64,000 bases of DNA from Verrucomicrobiota bacterium (GCA_018239715.1 JAFEGW010000001.1:109684-173683), one strand, 5' to 3'; shown: positions 8,204 through 18,487, counted from the first letter of the stretch. Notes: generated by a model from the sequence alone, not told the origin. Program-made: numbers and translations.

Positions 8204-9607
8204 CTAAACCTGGACCCAGAAATTCCCATTGCGCATGATAACGCCAAAGCTATAAATCTTTTCATGCTCCAGCATCGCACGAAGTATGCGATCCAATACC
8301 AGTTCCTTTATTTCCTGATCTTTTGAGCTGTTAAAACCTTTTGAGCCGTAAAGAGCCTTAAAGACTTTTTCTAAAGAAACAAACCTTCTTTGTTCAATGG
8401 ATTGTTCTTCGGGAGCTTTGTTAATGGCTTCATTGATTTCATCGATGAGAAATTGAATCACCTCTCTCATCGTGCTAATCCCTGAGACCATTTTGACTTC
8501 TTCATTTACATCAAGCCCGTAAGATTCGACGGGAATTTCTTTTCGTGGATCTTGGCAAATCCCCTTTTCTTCGTGGAATTGGCATAACCGGTCGTAGTAT
8601 TCAATTTCTCGCAGGCGGATCTCTTTTCTTCCTTGAACGGTTTTCTCTATCTCTCTTGGATTACCTGCCGGAGTAGCAATCCCTCTTGACTTTGCTTCAC
8701 TAACAACAGTATTTAGCTGCTTTTCAGAAAACACCATCCCTATCAAACCTGGTATAAGGTAACCCTCTCTTCCAAAAATTCCTTCGCTGGCATTGTTCAT
8801 GAATTTCCAGCTTAAAAGCGCGACTTGACGATAACCTGGATAGGATTGATCATCCAAGAAAGGCGTATTGTCCCATTGCAGACGTTCAGCGCCGGAAAGT
8901 GCAATAAAAGTTGCAAGCTGCCGCATAGTCTCCACCATCTCTTGAGAATCCCTATGATAAAGCCTCTTCTGTTCATGCGGGTTATAACGGACGCGTCTTT
9001 GCGCGATAAGTTTGTAGGGCTTGCCATCAACCTCGATTTCTAACTTTTTAAAAGGCGGTATCACAAGGAGCGATAGTTGGTTTGTCTTGCAGATCTCAAC
9101 TCCTTTTTGCATATTACTATAGATATGATCGATGAGATCGTTATCTAAACAAGGATGGCCATCTATCTCATAACCTCCGCTTGCTGACATAAAAACAATG
9201 TCGGGGGTTATTTTAGGAAAGTAGACTACCCATAGTGTTTGACACTTAATTCTTGTGATCTCAGGATTATCATGGGAAAAAGGAAGTGCAGCTTTAACCT
9301 TATCGATACGCTCTTGAGAAATTTTGAGATCTCCACCCCATGATCCTGTTGTAGGCAGGTTAGATGCAATAACATTCACAGGTGTGCGTGCAGGAAGAGG
9401 TTTGGGATCTTGCCGAGTCACCACATACGGGATTTTACGCCAGCCGTGTTCTGCTAAATGCGACGTGGGAGATTTTGATCGATAGAGCCACCATGCTACA
9501 AACGCAAGCGCTGGGAGAGCTATCGCGACACAGACGGTTATTTGTCCTGAGCGCGTTTGAGGCCAAAATCTAGAAAAACTCACCGAGCTTACAGGTCTCA
9601 AATTCAT
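8204..9607 (-). CDS. Hypothetical membrane-anchored protein (467 aa)
   Basis: One N-terminal TM segment (ITVCVAIALPALAFVAWWLY) followed by a large soluble domain. I recognise no motif in it. Confidence 0.55.
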   Translation of the reverse strand: MNLRPVSSVSFSRFWPQTRSGQITVCVAIALPALAFVAWWLYRSKSPTSHLAEHGWRKIPYVVTRQDPKPLPARTPVNVIASNLPTTGSWGGDLKISQERIDKVKAALPFSHDNPEITRIKCQTLWVVYFPKITPDIVFMSASGGYEIDGHPCLDNDLIDHIYSNMQKGVEICKTNQLSLLVIPPFKKLEIEVDGKPYKLIAQRRVRYNPHEQKRLYHRDSQEMVETMRQLATFIALSGAERLQWDNTPFLDDQSYPGYRQVALLSWKFMNNASEGIFGREGYLIPGLIGMVFSEKQLNTVVSEAKSRGIATPAGNPREIEKTVQGRKEIRLREIEYYDRLCQFHEEKGICQDPRKEIPVESYGLDVNEEVKMVSGISTMREVIQFLIDEINEAINKAPEEQSIEQRRFVSLEKVFKALYGSKGFNSSKDQEIKELVLDRILRAMLEHEKIYSFGVIMRNGNFWVQV

Positions 9608-9723
9608 ATCCGATCTCCTTTTGCAAATAAGAGGATATGATATCTATTCTGAATAATACAAGTCTGTGGGGCTGAGTTCTGATGACCATCCCAACAGTCA
9701 ACTCGTTTAGGATTCGCTTAAGC

Positions 9724-10470
9724 TTATTTGGCACGCTTTGCAAATTCATTTAGGGCATCAGGATATCCTTGCTCGGCGGCCCTTAAAAACCACCTGATGG
9801 CTTCATTGAAGTTTTGAGCGACTCCATCTCCCATTTTATAACACCTTGCCAGTTCACATTGAGCAGGGGCGTATCCTTGCTCGGCGGCTTGTTTAAACAA
9901 TTCCACAGCTATCTCAAAATTTTGTTCTACCTCTTTGCCTATACAATAGAATAATCCGAGAATACACTCCGCAACAGCATGTTTTTGCTTAGCCGCTTGT
10001 GCAAGCCAATGGAGGGCTTCATGGATGTCTTGTTCTACTCCTTCACCCTTGTAGTAGCAATATCCCAACCGGAATTGAGCGTCAGCATGCCCTTTCTCAG
10101 CTGCTTTTAAAAAGTAACTCACGGCCTGAACAGGGTCCTTGGCTCCTCCAATGCCTTGAAGGAGGCAGGTTCCCAAAAAAACATGAGACTCTATATGGAC
10201 TTTTTCTCCATCACTTTTTAGAAACTGAGCTTCCGATTTTAACCCCTCCCAATCTCCTTTCAAAGCCTCAGCAGGAGTGGGAGGAGGGGCAATATTGAAA
10301 ATGACTGCAGGCAAAGCTTTAGTTCGAGGTGTTGAGAGAATTTCAGTGCTGTTGGGACTGGTCGTCGGAATTTTACCTGCGAGTGAAGACACCGCTGCTT
10401 CTAGAGGGCTTGGCTTTCCGGATAATTCAGCTGGCAGATCAAGATCTCTTGATCCAACGACTTTTATCAT
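9724..10470 (-). CDS. Sel1-like repeat (SLR) protein
   Basis: At least four tandem Sel1 repeats (GHADAQFRLGYCYYKGEGVEQD, HAVAECILGLFYCIGKEVEQN, GYAPAQCELARCYKMGDGVAQN, GYPDALNEF). The N-terminal 90 aa are Pro/Ser-rich. Confidence 0.8.
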   Translation of the reverse strand: MIKVVGSRDLDLPAELSGKPSPLEAAVSSLAGKIPTTSPNSTEILSTPRTKALPAVIFNIAPPPTPAEALKGDWEGLKSEAQFLKSDGEKVHIESHVFLGTCLLQGIGGAKDPVQAVSYFLKAAEKGHADAQFRLGYCYYKGEGVEQDIHEALHWLAQAAKQKHAVAECILGLFYCIGKEVEQNFEIAVELFKQAAEQGYAPAQCELARCYKMGDGVAQNFNEAIRWFLRAAEQGYPDALNEFAKRAK

Positions 10471-10490
10471 AATTTAAAATCCACTGAAGC

Positions 10491-11000
10491 TTAGCTTCTA
10501 AAAAAACGGCGGCAAGCCTGATTGATGATATGCAGTGTTGAGCGGCCGAAGATAAAATTGAACGTTCCTACTGCCACTAGATAAGGAGCAGGCTGAGCGG
10601 TGGGAACATAGCGATCGAAGACCCATTTGATGAATGCCAAAGCAGATAAAACATTAGCGCCAATGTTCAAGATATGCCGAGGATGCCCGGGATTGAACTC
10701 GAAAATAGTATTGAGACCAAAAATATCAGCAAGAGCCTTACGACTAATCATAGAATGGATGACCCAATCGCAAATTTGCAGTCCTGGACGGCTGGCAATG
10801 CAGCTCAAAACTATCGAGGACTTTAGAAAGAAAATGATCGTCTTATCTGCAGCCTTTTTCCAATCTGCATCCGAGGATTTTCTGGAAGACCCTGTTTTAT
10901 AAAGACCCCAAACACAAACTGCAAATGTTAAGGAACCTAAGGCATCTTTAATGTTTTCTTTGACAGGGGGGTTATTGAGATATCCGATTGCAGCAGCCAT
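10491..11000 (-). CDS. Hypothetical integral membrane protein (169 aa)
   Basis: Several hydrophobic segments. Its start overlaps the stop of the upstream ABC gene (TAATG), which suggests translational coupling. Confidence 0.5.
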   Translation of the reverse strand: MAAAIGYLNNPPVKENIKDALGSLTFAVCVWGLYKTGSSRKSSDADWKKAADKTIIFFLKSSIVLSCIASRPGLQICDWVIHSMISRKALADIFGLNTIFEFNPGHPRHILNIGANVLSALAFIKWVFDRYVPTAQPAPYLVAVGTFNFIFGRSTLHIINQACRRFFRS

Positions 11001-12838
11001 TACACCTCAGCGGGTTCCTTTTTTTCGGTGCGATAGAGCATTTCCCACATAAGCCGGAACTGTTCACAGCTTTGGATAAGCTCTTCTTTGGAACCTTCGG
11101 CGATTTTTTCGCCACGGTCGATAAAGATGATCCGGTCGGCATTTTCAATGGTGCCGAGGCGATGGGCAATAATGATCTGGGTCACTTGGCCGTGGAGAGC
11201 TGAGATGGCCGAGTGGATACGATTTTCACTGATGGCGTCGAGGGAAGAGGTTGCTTCATCCAGGACAAGCACAGGAGCGTTTTTGACTAAAGCGCGTGCA
11301 ATGGCAAGCCTCTGCTGCTGACCGCCGGAGAGGTTTTGTCCTGCTTCGGCGAGCATCGAGTCGTATTGCTTGGGCTGCCGGATGATGAACTCTTCGGCAT
11401 GGGCTTTTTTAGCAGCCTGCTGGATATCTTCGCGAGAAAAGTTCCGGCCAAAGGCAATGTTCGCGGCGATGGTATCACAGAAAAGGAAAGGCTTTTGAGA
11501 AACAAAGGCGATCTGGTCGCGCAGCGACCGCTGTGTATAAGCGTCGACCGGTTTCCCATCGATGCGGATCTGCCCTTGTTGGACTTCATAGAGGCGAGGA
11601 AGCAGTTGCACAATGGTCGATTTGCCGGAGCCAGTGGGGCCTACGATCGCTACGGTCTCCCCTTTCCGGATCGTGAAGCTGACATTTTTTAAGATCCACT
11701 CATCATGGTAGCGGAACCAGACATTTTCAAATTCGATTTTGTCTTGGAATCCCGTAAGCTGGGCAGCATCTTTTTTATCTTCGATCTCAGGTCTTAAATT
11801 GAGGACTTCGAACATTCGCTCGGCAGCCACGACGCCGCGTTGAATATTGGCGTTTTCATCGGCAAATTTTTTAATCGCCTCGTAGGACAGCTGCAGAAGG
11901 CCGCAGAAAACAATCAGGTCGGACACCGTGAGCTTTAAAGTGAGAAGGCCGTAAAGCACCACGCTAGCCAGGCAGAGGGTCGTAATCATATGTAAAATCG
12001 GCCTTGTCAAAAGGCCATATTTGGCGGCTTTGCTTTCGAGGACTGCCATCCGGTCATTTTGCTCTTTGTATTTCTTCAGAGAGAAAGATTCCATGGCAAA
12101 AATCTTAACCGTCTGGATACCAGCTAAAAAGTCTATGAGCACAGAGGCAAATTTTTCTTGATTGGACTGAAGCTGCCTAGATGCCCTTTTGACCCGCTTG
12201 GCTAAAAAGGTAATCGGCAGGACGATCATCGGGATACCGAAGAAGATCACCATGGAGAGCTGCCACGAGATAAAGAAGCAGAGGACCAGCGTGATCATGA
12301 TGGTAAAAGGCGTGTGGAGGTAGTTCGTAAGGATCGAGTTGATGGAAGTTGCAATTTGGCCGGCATCCCCCACTACACGGGAGGAGAGGCTTCCGATATT
12401 GTGCTTTTGATAAAAGCTCATCGGGAGCACCTGGATATGCTCAAAATATTGCTGGCGGAGGTCGCGGCTGACGCGGATCGCCATGAGCTGGGTCATGAAA
12501 CGGCTCCAAAAAAGAGTGATCGCTTTAAATATAGCGACGCAGACTAAAATCCCTATGAGCACGCGCAAACTCGAGACGCTTCCCATTTGCTCTTGGACTC
12601 GATGAATAATCCATTGCAGAGGGTTGGTATGTTGATGCTGGCCTAAAAATTCAATATTGGTAGCTGCGAGAGGTTTGCCTGACATCAGCTGGCCCAGAGT
12701 CTCGGCATTAATCAAAACACCTAAGGCAGAAATTTCTAGGGCATTGGCAATCGTAAGCAGGCCCAGAGCTAGAAAACTAAATAAAAGAAGAGAAAGATGT
12801 TTCTTATTTCTTAAAGCGGCTTTGAGTAGAAGCAACAT
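11000..12838 (-). CDS. msbA: ABC exporter, fused permease/ATPase (MsbA-like lipid exporter)
   Basis: 612 aa. Six-TM N-terminal domain, Walker A GPTGSGKST, signature LSGGQQQR, Walker B VLVLDEATS. Confidence 0.8.
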   Translation of the reverse strand: MLLLLKAALRNKKHLSLLLFSFLALGLLTIANALEISALGVLINAETLGQLMSGKPLAATNIEFLGQHQHTNPLQWIIHRVQEQMGSVSSLRVLIGILVCVAIFKAITLFWSRFMTQLMAIRVSRDLRQQYFEHIQVLPMSFYQKHNIGSLSSRVVGDAGQIATSINSILTNYLHTPFTIMITLVLCFFISWQLSMVIFFGIPMIVLPITFLAKRVKRASRQLQSNQEKFASVLIDFLAGIQTVKIFAMESFSLKKYKEQNDRMAVLESKAAKYGLLTRPILHMITTLCLASVVLYGLLTLKLTVSDLIVFCGLLQLSYEAIKKFADENANIQRGVVAAERMFEVLNLRPEIEDKKDAAQLTGFQDKIEFENVWFRYHDEWILKNVSFTIRKGETVAIVGPTGSGKSTIVQLLPRLYEVQQGQIRIDGKPVDAYTQRSLRDQIAFVSQKPFLFCDTIAANIAFGRNFSREDIQQAAKKAHAEEFIIRQPKQYDSMLAEAGQNLSGGQQQRLAIARALVKNAPVLVLDEATSSLDAISENRIHSAISALHGQVTQIIIAHRLGTIENADRIIFIDRGEKIAEGSKEELIQSCEQFRLMWEMLYRTEKKEPAEV

Positions 12839-12850
12839 AATAGGGATATT

Positions 12851-13816
12851 CTAGAGAATATCAGCCTTCTCTTCTACAGTAAACTTACCCATTTTACGAA
12901 ATTTTTGATACCGCTGCTCGATCAGGGTCTCCAAAGGAACCGCTTTCAAGACATTCCACTCGGAGAGAATATATTTTTTAACATTCTCGTAGACAGCAGC
13001 AGGGTCGTGATGAGCTCCGCCGAGGGGTTCTTCGATGATATCATCGATGATTCCCATCTCTAAAAGATCTTCTGCCTGCATCTTGAGCGCTTGGGCAGCT
13101 GTCGATTTTTTACTGGCGTCCTTCCACAGGATGGATGCACAACCTTCCGGAGAAATCACTGAATAGTAAGAGTGCTGCAGCATGGCAACGACATCGCCTA
13201 CGCCAATTCCTAAAGCACCGCCTGAACATCCCTCTCCAATCAAAATAATGATCATCGGAGTAGGAAGACGAGCCATCTCAAAGAGGTTTTGAGCAATCGC
13301 CCAGCCCTGTCCCCGCTCTTCAGCGGCAAGGCCTGCATAAGCGCCGGGAGTGTCGATAAGAGAAAGGACAGGCAGGTTAAATTTGGCAGCCAGGCGCATG
13401 CAGCGCATCGCTTTCCGATAACCTTCGGGATGAGGCATCCCAAAGTTGCTTTTCACACGGCTTTCGGTATCGCATCCTTTTTCTTGGGCGATCACCATGA
13501 ATTTGATGCCGCCGATTTTAGCGAGGCCGCAAATAATAGCCGTGTCGTCGCGGAAGAGCCTGTCGCCGGCAATTTCATGAAATTCTTCGCAGAGATGCTT
13601 GATGTAATCCTTCGCTTTAGGGCGCTGCGGATGACGGCAGATGGTCACACGCTCCCAAGGCGATAAGTTCGAATAGACTTTTTTCTTCAACTGATCGAGT
13701 TTCTTCTCCAGCTTGACGAGTTCCGCGTCCGAGAGCAAGGGATTGTTCTGATTTTGCTCTTTGAACTTGGCGATGGTCTCTTCGTACTCTTGGATTTGTT
13801 TTTCGTGCGATAGCAT
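12851..13816 (-). CDS. accA: Acetyl-CoA carboxylase carboxyltransferase alpha subunit
   Basis: 321 aa with conserved segments [22 protein letters not shown] and [10 protein letters not shown]. Confidence 0.9.
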   Translation of the reverse strand: MLSHEKQIQEYEETIAKFKEQNQNNPLLSDAELVKLEKKLDQLKKKVYSNLSPWERVTICRHPQRPKAKDYIKHLCEEFHEIAGDRLFRDDTAIICGLAKIGGIKFMVIAQEKGCDTESRVKSNFGMPHPEGYRKAMRCMRLAAKFNLPVLSLIDTPGAYAGLAAEERGQGWAIAQNLFEMARLPTPMIIILIGEGCSGGALGIGVGDVVAMLQHSYYSVISPEGCASILWKDASKKSTAAQALKMQAEDLLEMGIIDDIIEEPLGGAHHDPAAVYENVKKYILSEWNVLKAVPLETLIEQRYQKFRKMGKFTVEEKADIL

Positions 13817-13818
13817 GT

Positions 13819-14874
13819 TTATCTCATGGGTGAAGTGACTTCTACGCCGGGGAGCTTGGCGTCTTTGGAGTTTTTAACTATTTCAATCACGGTAGGTTTG
13901 GTCACCACAATCGAGAAAAGCTCTTCCATATCGGGGTAACTGAGGCGGATGCATCCATCGCTGTCGTATTGTCCAATTGTTTGACGAAGCTCCGTCCATT
14001 TTCCTGTCTTCTTATCCGATGTCCAGGGAGCGCCATGGATACCGTATCCTTTGGCGGGAGCTGTGCAGGAACCGATTTCTTTTCCAAAAGGGATCCACCG
14101 GGTCCCAAAAACTCGGATCATTTCTACTTGCTGTTCGTGGAACAGCCCCATAATGCCGGGCTTATAAACGGCGATCTTGTCTCCCAAGAGATATTTGCCG
14201 AGTGGTGTGAGTGTCCCCGAGGCCGTCTCACCTGGCTTGCCCAAACCCACGTCATAGACCTTTAAGAGAACGCGTTCGTTCGTATCTAGATCGATATAAT
14301 AGAACGCCATCTGGCGCTGCTGCACATCGACCAAAAGATGGAATTGAAAATTCTTATCTTTTCTAAAAACGTTAAACTTGCTTCCCGGGGAGACCTTTTG
14401 AGTCACATAATCGGGCTTGCCATTGAGGCCCCGGGCGATAAAATGGCGGGAGGTCGAATAATACGAGGCATAATCCCCTACCCATGCCGGCCGGCCTTTC
14501 AGCCAAGGGACTTGGCTGGAATAGGAAATGGTCTCGACGATAGGAAGCTTGGTAGGGCCTGTTGTAAATAACTGCTGAATCCGGTCGACTTGCGGCAATC
14601 TCCCTTCTTGCTGAGCCGGCTGCGCAGCTGCTAGCTTAGGCTTTAATGCCACCGAAGGAGGCTCTGTCTTTGGGACAGAGGAGACAGGCGCAAGTGGTTG
14701 AGCGACAGGAGCTTTGGGAGAAGCCGGAGGTAGTACTGGGGAAGGGGTAGCGGGAGCTAGAGCCACTGTCTTTTCCGCTTTAGGAGAAAAGAAGACTTTT
14801 TTGACTGTGCCGGCGATCCCGATCACAGTAAAAAGTGCGACAGTGCCGACTAAAATGACCCGTGGAAATGCCAT
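13819..14874 (-). CDS. L,D-transpeptidase (YkuD) domain protein, membrane-anchored
   Basis: N-terminal TM, a Pro/Ala-rich linker, and a catalytic region YGIHGAPW...YDSDGCIRL (the HG...SxGCIR signature). Confidence 0.75.
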   Translation of the reverse strand: MAFPRVILVGTVALFTVIGIAGTVKKVFFSPKAEKTVALAPATPSPVLPPASPKAPVAQPLAPVSSVPKTEPPSVALKPKLAAAQPAQQEGRLPQVDRIQQLFTTGPTKLPIVETISYSSQVPWLKGRPAWVGDYASYYSTSRHFIARGLNGKPDYVTQKVSPGSKFNVFRKDKNFQFHLLVDVQQRQMAFYYIDLDTNERVLLKVYDVGLGKPGETASGTLTPLGKYLLGDKIAVYKPGIMGLFHEQQVEMIRVFGTRWIPFGKEIGSCTAPAKGYGIHGAPWTSDKKTGKWTELRQTIGQYDSDGCIRLSYPDMEELFSIVVTKPTVIEIVKNSKDAKLPGVEVTSPMR

Positions 14875-15093
14875 AAAATTGGACCTATATGATACCTTTT
14901 TTATTACATTAATTCAACAAACCAATTATTTAATACTCCCTTAGGAACCCCAATATAGGCTAGATGATGGTTTGTCCTCCCCTAAAATTTAAAATTTAAC
15001 TTGTCTATTAAATATAAATTATTAAAAACAAACTAATTTGAAATTTATAATTAATTATATTAAAATAGCTGAAAAAACATTAAAAACACAACT

Positions 15094-15537
15094 ATGACTT
15101 TTACCAGAATACAGATATCGGCCCAGCTAGAACGTCAACTAGAATCGTGGCACCTGGACGAACCGCCTTCATTGAACTACAATGTAACGGATGTTTTATC
15201 TGTCTGTAAGACAGAAGACATCGAAAGATCGCTCAAAGACTTAACAAACGATTTGGATGTTAGTCTGAGGTTTATCAAAAATGTCGATGTCATTTTTGCC
15301 CGTGCAACCCTCAAGTTGGAAACAACTCGGTGGCTTTGTTTAGGAAGCGCGCTTCTTGCTGCTGCAGGAGGCATAGGCGCTGCTCTTTGCAAACGTGAAT
15401 ATAGGAAAACAAGAACGGCTTTTGCCTCTTTGGCAATCTTAGGAGGAGGACTCGCTCTTCTATCAGCTTATATTATGAGTAAAATGCATGCTTCACTTCT
15501 CTATTATCAGCCCCTGTTTCAGCGACGTTGGAACTAA
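15094..15537 (+). CDS. Hypothetical two-TM protein, Inc-like bilobed hydrophobic region
   Basis: 147 aa. WLCLGSALLAAAGGIGAALC and FASLAILGGGLALLSAYIM are separated by a short basic loop. An AT-rich 219-nt region precedes the gene. Confidence 0.5.
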   Translation: MTFTRIQISAQLERQLESWHLDEPPSLNYNVTDVLSVCKTEDIERSLKDLTNDLDVSLRFIKNVDVIFARATLKLETTRWLCLGSALLAAAGGIGAALCKREYRKTRTAFASLAILGGGLALLSAYIMSKMHASLLYYQPLFQRRWN

Positions 15538-16051
15538 TACTCAAGTATTTTAATCCTCAGAAAATGAAATTTCCCTTCAATCTTCGATGAAAGGAAGCAA
15601 CGTCAAAGTATTCACAATAAAACCTACGGTATTGATACCTATCCCTGCGATGATTTCCCTATTTAAGCTGCGTGCAGCCAAAGGTACTGAAGATTGAGCT
15701 ATCCTCCTTGTAGAGAATAATTCGGATAGTAAAGCGATAGAAAAAGATCCGGCAATCCAGCCATAGACATAGGAAATACAAAGAGCTTGTGTGAATTCCT
15801 GGATTCTCCGAGCCTTGCCATAGACTTCATGCTCTTTCCTAGGGGCATTCAGGCATATCTTTACTATATTTCATTCGATCTATTGCAGCCCTCGCCGTCA
15901 TTATCCCTTAGATAAACGATCCCCTAATAACCCCATCTTACCTGCATTCATTAGGAACACATTAACCCGTTATGCATACGGTGAATACAAAAACGATATT
16001 AGAAAAATTGATAATACACCCTTATCACAGCCGGGTCGTCTTTTAGCAGAT

Positions 16052-16855
16052 GTGAACTTTTTACTTCGATGGAGCAAGGCACGAGACACTTATCTTATTA
16101 GGGGTTACCTTTTGTGGAAGCAACTTAACTTGCAAAAGGGTACTGCAGAGAGAATGTGGGTACTTCCGGATAAAGGCGGGACTTACATTCACGCTACGCC
16201 TTTTGTTGAATTATCAGGACTTTTAAGCATAGAAGAATTCGCTGCAAAAGCTAAGGAGTTTGCAGATGCATCTGCTAAGTTAGAGAATCAAGGAATAAAT
16301 CAAACCGAATTAAAACCTGATTCTTCAGTACTTAATTTGCAAGACTTGCTTTTGATGAGTCTGCCTGATGCCATCGATTGGTCTGCTTTCTCACATTTAA
16401 CGAAAGTTCAATTTGATAATAATCGACTCTCTACATTGCCTGAATCTCTATCGCATCTCTCCAATCTTCAGTCTCTTTTTTTGCAACAAAACCTATTTTT
16501 TAAACTTCCGACTATTATCTCTCGATTTAGTCAATTAACCCATCTCGATATTAGTCAAAATCCTATAGTTTTGGAGCCAGAAGCATTAACTCAAATGCCC
16601 TCTCTAGTCTGGTTAGGTATCTCTATAGATCAAACGATCCCTCGAATCTCTTCCAAGCAAACGCTCACTGAATGGGTCATCAAAGAACTACAATCAAAAA
16701 ATCCAAATTTTACATATAAAGTCGATCAAAAACGATCAGAGCCTTTTTGTATACATGACGATCCTATTAAAAAGTCGTTTTGTAATTTCACTTTCTTCTG
16801 CGGGTTGGACCCTACCCGAAATTTAAAGTACTTGTGTATGAATGGTTCCTATTAA
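16052..16855 (+). CDS. Leucine-rich repeat protein (possibly 5'-truncated)
   Basis: LRR units LSTLPESLSHLSNLQSLFLQQNLFFKLPTIISRFSQLTHLDISQNPI. The only available start is a GTG, and 76 in-frame stop-free codons lie upstream of it. Confidence 0.6.
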   Translation: MNFLLRWSKARDTYLIRGYLLWKQLNLQKGTAERMWVLPDKGGTYIHATPFVELSGLLSIEEFAAKAKEFADASAKLENQGINQTELKPDSSVLNLQDLLLMSLPDAIDWSAFSHLTKVQFDNNRLSTLPESLSHLSNLQSLFLQQNLFFKLPTIISRFSQLTHLDISQNPIVLEPEALTQMPSLVWLGISIDQTIPRISSKQTLTEWVIKELQSKNPNFTYKVDQKRSEPFCIHDDPIKKSFCNFTFFCGLDPTRNLKYLCMNGSY

Positions 16856-17084
16856 CAAGTTCTCTTATCAGATTCATCTCTGTGAGAAGGAGCAAAATCC
16901 TTGGTCTTCTATCCTTATTCAAAACCTTCAGAGCCGTAACCACCCGATGTGTTAGTAGAAAAGTATTATCCTTAAAAGCCTGCTCCATTCTCGAAAATGA
17001 ACGATGCTAGCAGTGTCATGAGCGATTCCATCAAAATTAACATCTAACTTACAAATGACTCAAAAGAGTTCTTTTGCACGAAGT

Positions 17085-18380
17085 TTACTTGATCGTGCAT
17101 TGAAAAAGATCTTTTCCGTTGCTGAATGAAAACGCAATCAGAAAATGAGCTCCCCAGAAATGGTCTCCCCCCGCTAAGGGTATGATTTGCATCTCTTGGT
17201 CGGATTGAGGCTCGATAAAAATCATCTCATTGCCTGAGCGAAGTTCGAGCGGCATTGACTTCCCTTGATACCGCTCTAAGGTTCCTGCATGCAAAGCGGT
17301 TTTGCCGCCGATGCCGAGTTGATCACCGCGGGCATAGAAGACCATCGCGAGATTGTCGCGGGGGCATCCCTCTTGCAAAAGGCAGGAAAGCGTTAGCTTT
17401 TGAGCCTGATAGAAAGCCTCGATTTGCATCCAAGCCGGATGGGCAAAAATCTTCGTCCAGCCTTTCAAACGAAAATGGTGGACTGTTTTTTCCCAGACTG
17501 TCTCACTGAAGCCCCGTGTTGTCAAACTACAGGTCCGGTCAATTCCAAATCCTTCTAAGGCATCGAAGGGGGCTGTTTGAGGAGCGCAGTTGACGATAGC
17601 GATGTTATTTTTGTGATAGGAAAAAATTCCTGAATTCCATCCACTGATGCTGCAGGCCATGCTCCATTCTGAAGTGGCATATTTTAAGATTCCTACCGTC
17701 ATCTCTTCAGCAAAAAGCCGTGACAGCCGCACAGGCGAAGAGATTTTTTCAGGAATGAGAGTGAGAAGCTTGGCGGCTAAAGAAGAGGGATTCCAGCCAT
17801 GGTGTTTTTGGATCTGGGCGGCTTGGTAAAAACCGGGATCTCCTGTGATCCGATGAGCCAATGTAAACAGCAGGTGGTTGGAGGCAGCGACAATAGCCGG
17901 ATGGAAAGAAAAGGCGCGGCCCCAGAGTGAAAAATGAGGCAAGCCGCGATGATCAAGCAGATGAGTCTGCCAGAGGGCAATTTTGAGCCCAGCATAAAGA
18001 AGGGCCTCATTTTTTAAATGGATGCCTAAGATCATCCAGAGAGATCCCAGCTCCGCATGTTGGGAAGGCTCAGGCAGCTCCGCGCCTTTGCATAAACCTA
18101 AAGCATCCAAACAAGCCGCCCCGCTCGGCATCTGCCGAGGTTCGATCAAGGAAGGCTCTAATTTTAAAAGATATTGCAAAAGAACGAGATAGGCATGAGG
18201 CAATTGAAACTCGGCGGGATAGCCTTGCTTTAATAATTGGCCTAACCTCTTCTTGAGGCCGGCGGGATCTTCAGCTCCTTCAAGAACCCTCCAGACCAGG
18301 TCCCGCAGCAAGAGAAGATATTGATCGACTTCTTCGGTTAAAAGTCTGGAAATACTTTGAGGATTATCTAAAACTGTCAC
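17085..18380 (-). CDS. Hypothetical protein (431 aa), immediately downstream of ihfA
   Basis: Long ORF with a GTG start and no recognisable motif. Its position next to ihfA recalls the conserved hypothetical gene between accA and ihfA in Chlamydia (from memory, unverified). Confidence 0.5.
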   Translation of the reverse strand: MTVLDNPQSISRLLTEEVDQYLLLLRDLVWRVLEGAEDPAGLKKRLGQLLKQGYPAEFQLPHAYLVLLQYLLKLEPSLIEPRQMPSGAACLDALGLCKGAELPEPSQHAELGSLWMILGIHLKNEALLYAGLKIALWQTHLLDHRGLPHFSLWGRAFSFHPAIVAASNHLLFTLAHRITGDPGFYQAAQIQKHHGWNPSSLAAKLLTLIPEKISSPVRLSRLFAEEMTVGILKYATSEWSMACSISGWNSGIFSYHKNNIAIVNCAPQTAPFDALEGFGIDRTCSLTTRGFSETVWEKTVHHFRLKGWTKIFAHPAWMQIEAFYQAQKLTLSCLLQEGCPRDNLAMVFYARGDQLGIGGKTALHAGTLERYQGKSMPLELRSGNEMIFIEPQSDQEMQIIPLAGGDHFWGAHFLIAFSFSNGKDLFQCTIK

Positions 18381-18404
18381 GTGTCTCCCTTGACGTTTTC
18401 CATT

Positions 18405-18428
18405 TCGCAGGTCTTAAAACCTGCGAAG
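18405..18428 (-). terminator. Perfect 9-bp stem hairpin downstream of ihfA (no U-tract)
   Basis: TTCGCAGGT, loop cttaaa, ACCTGCGAA. It lies between the ihfA stop (18488) and the start of the next gene (18380). Confidence 0.35.
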
Positions 18429-18487
18429 TTAGAATAAAGAAGTATATAAGAAATTAACAGAATTTTTCTCTGTTAAAAATTGAAGCA

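Noticed and set aside
15538-15830. Minus-strand fragments that look like pieces of a membrane protein (for example ..IAGIGINTVGFIVNTLTLLPFIED)
   Set aside because: The frames are interrupted after 15-40 codons, with no start or RBS. They are treated as possible gene debris and are not called as a CDS or a defined pseudogene.
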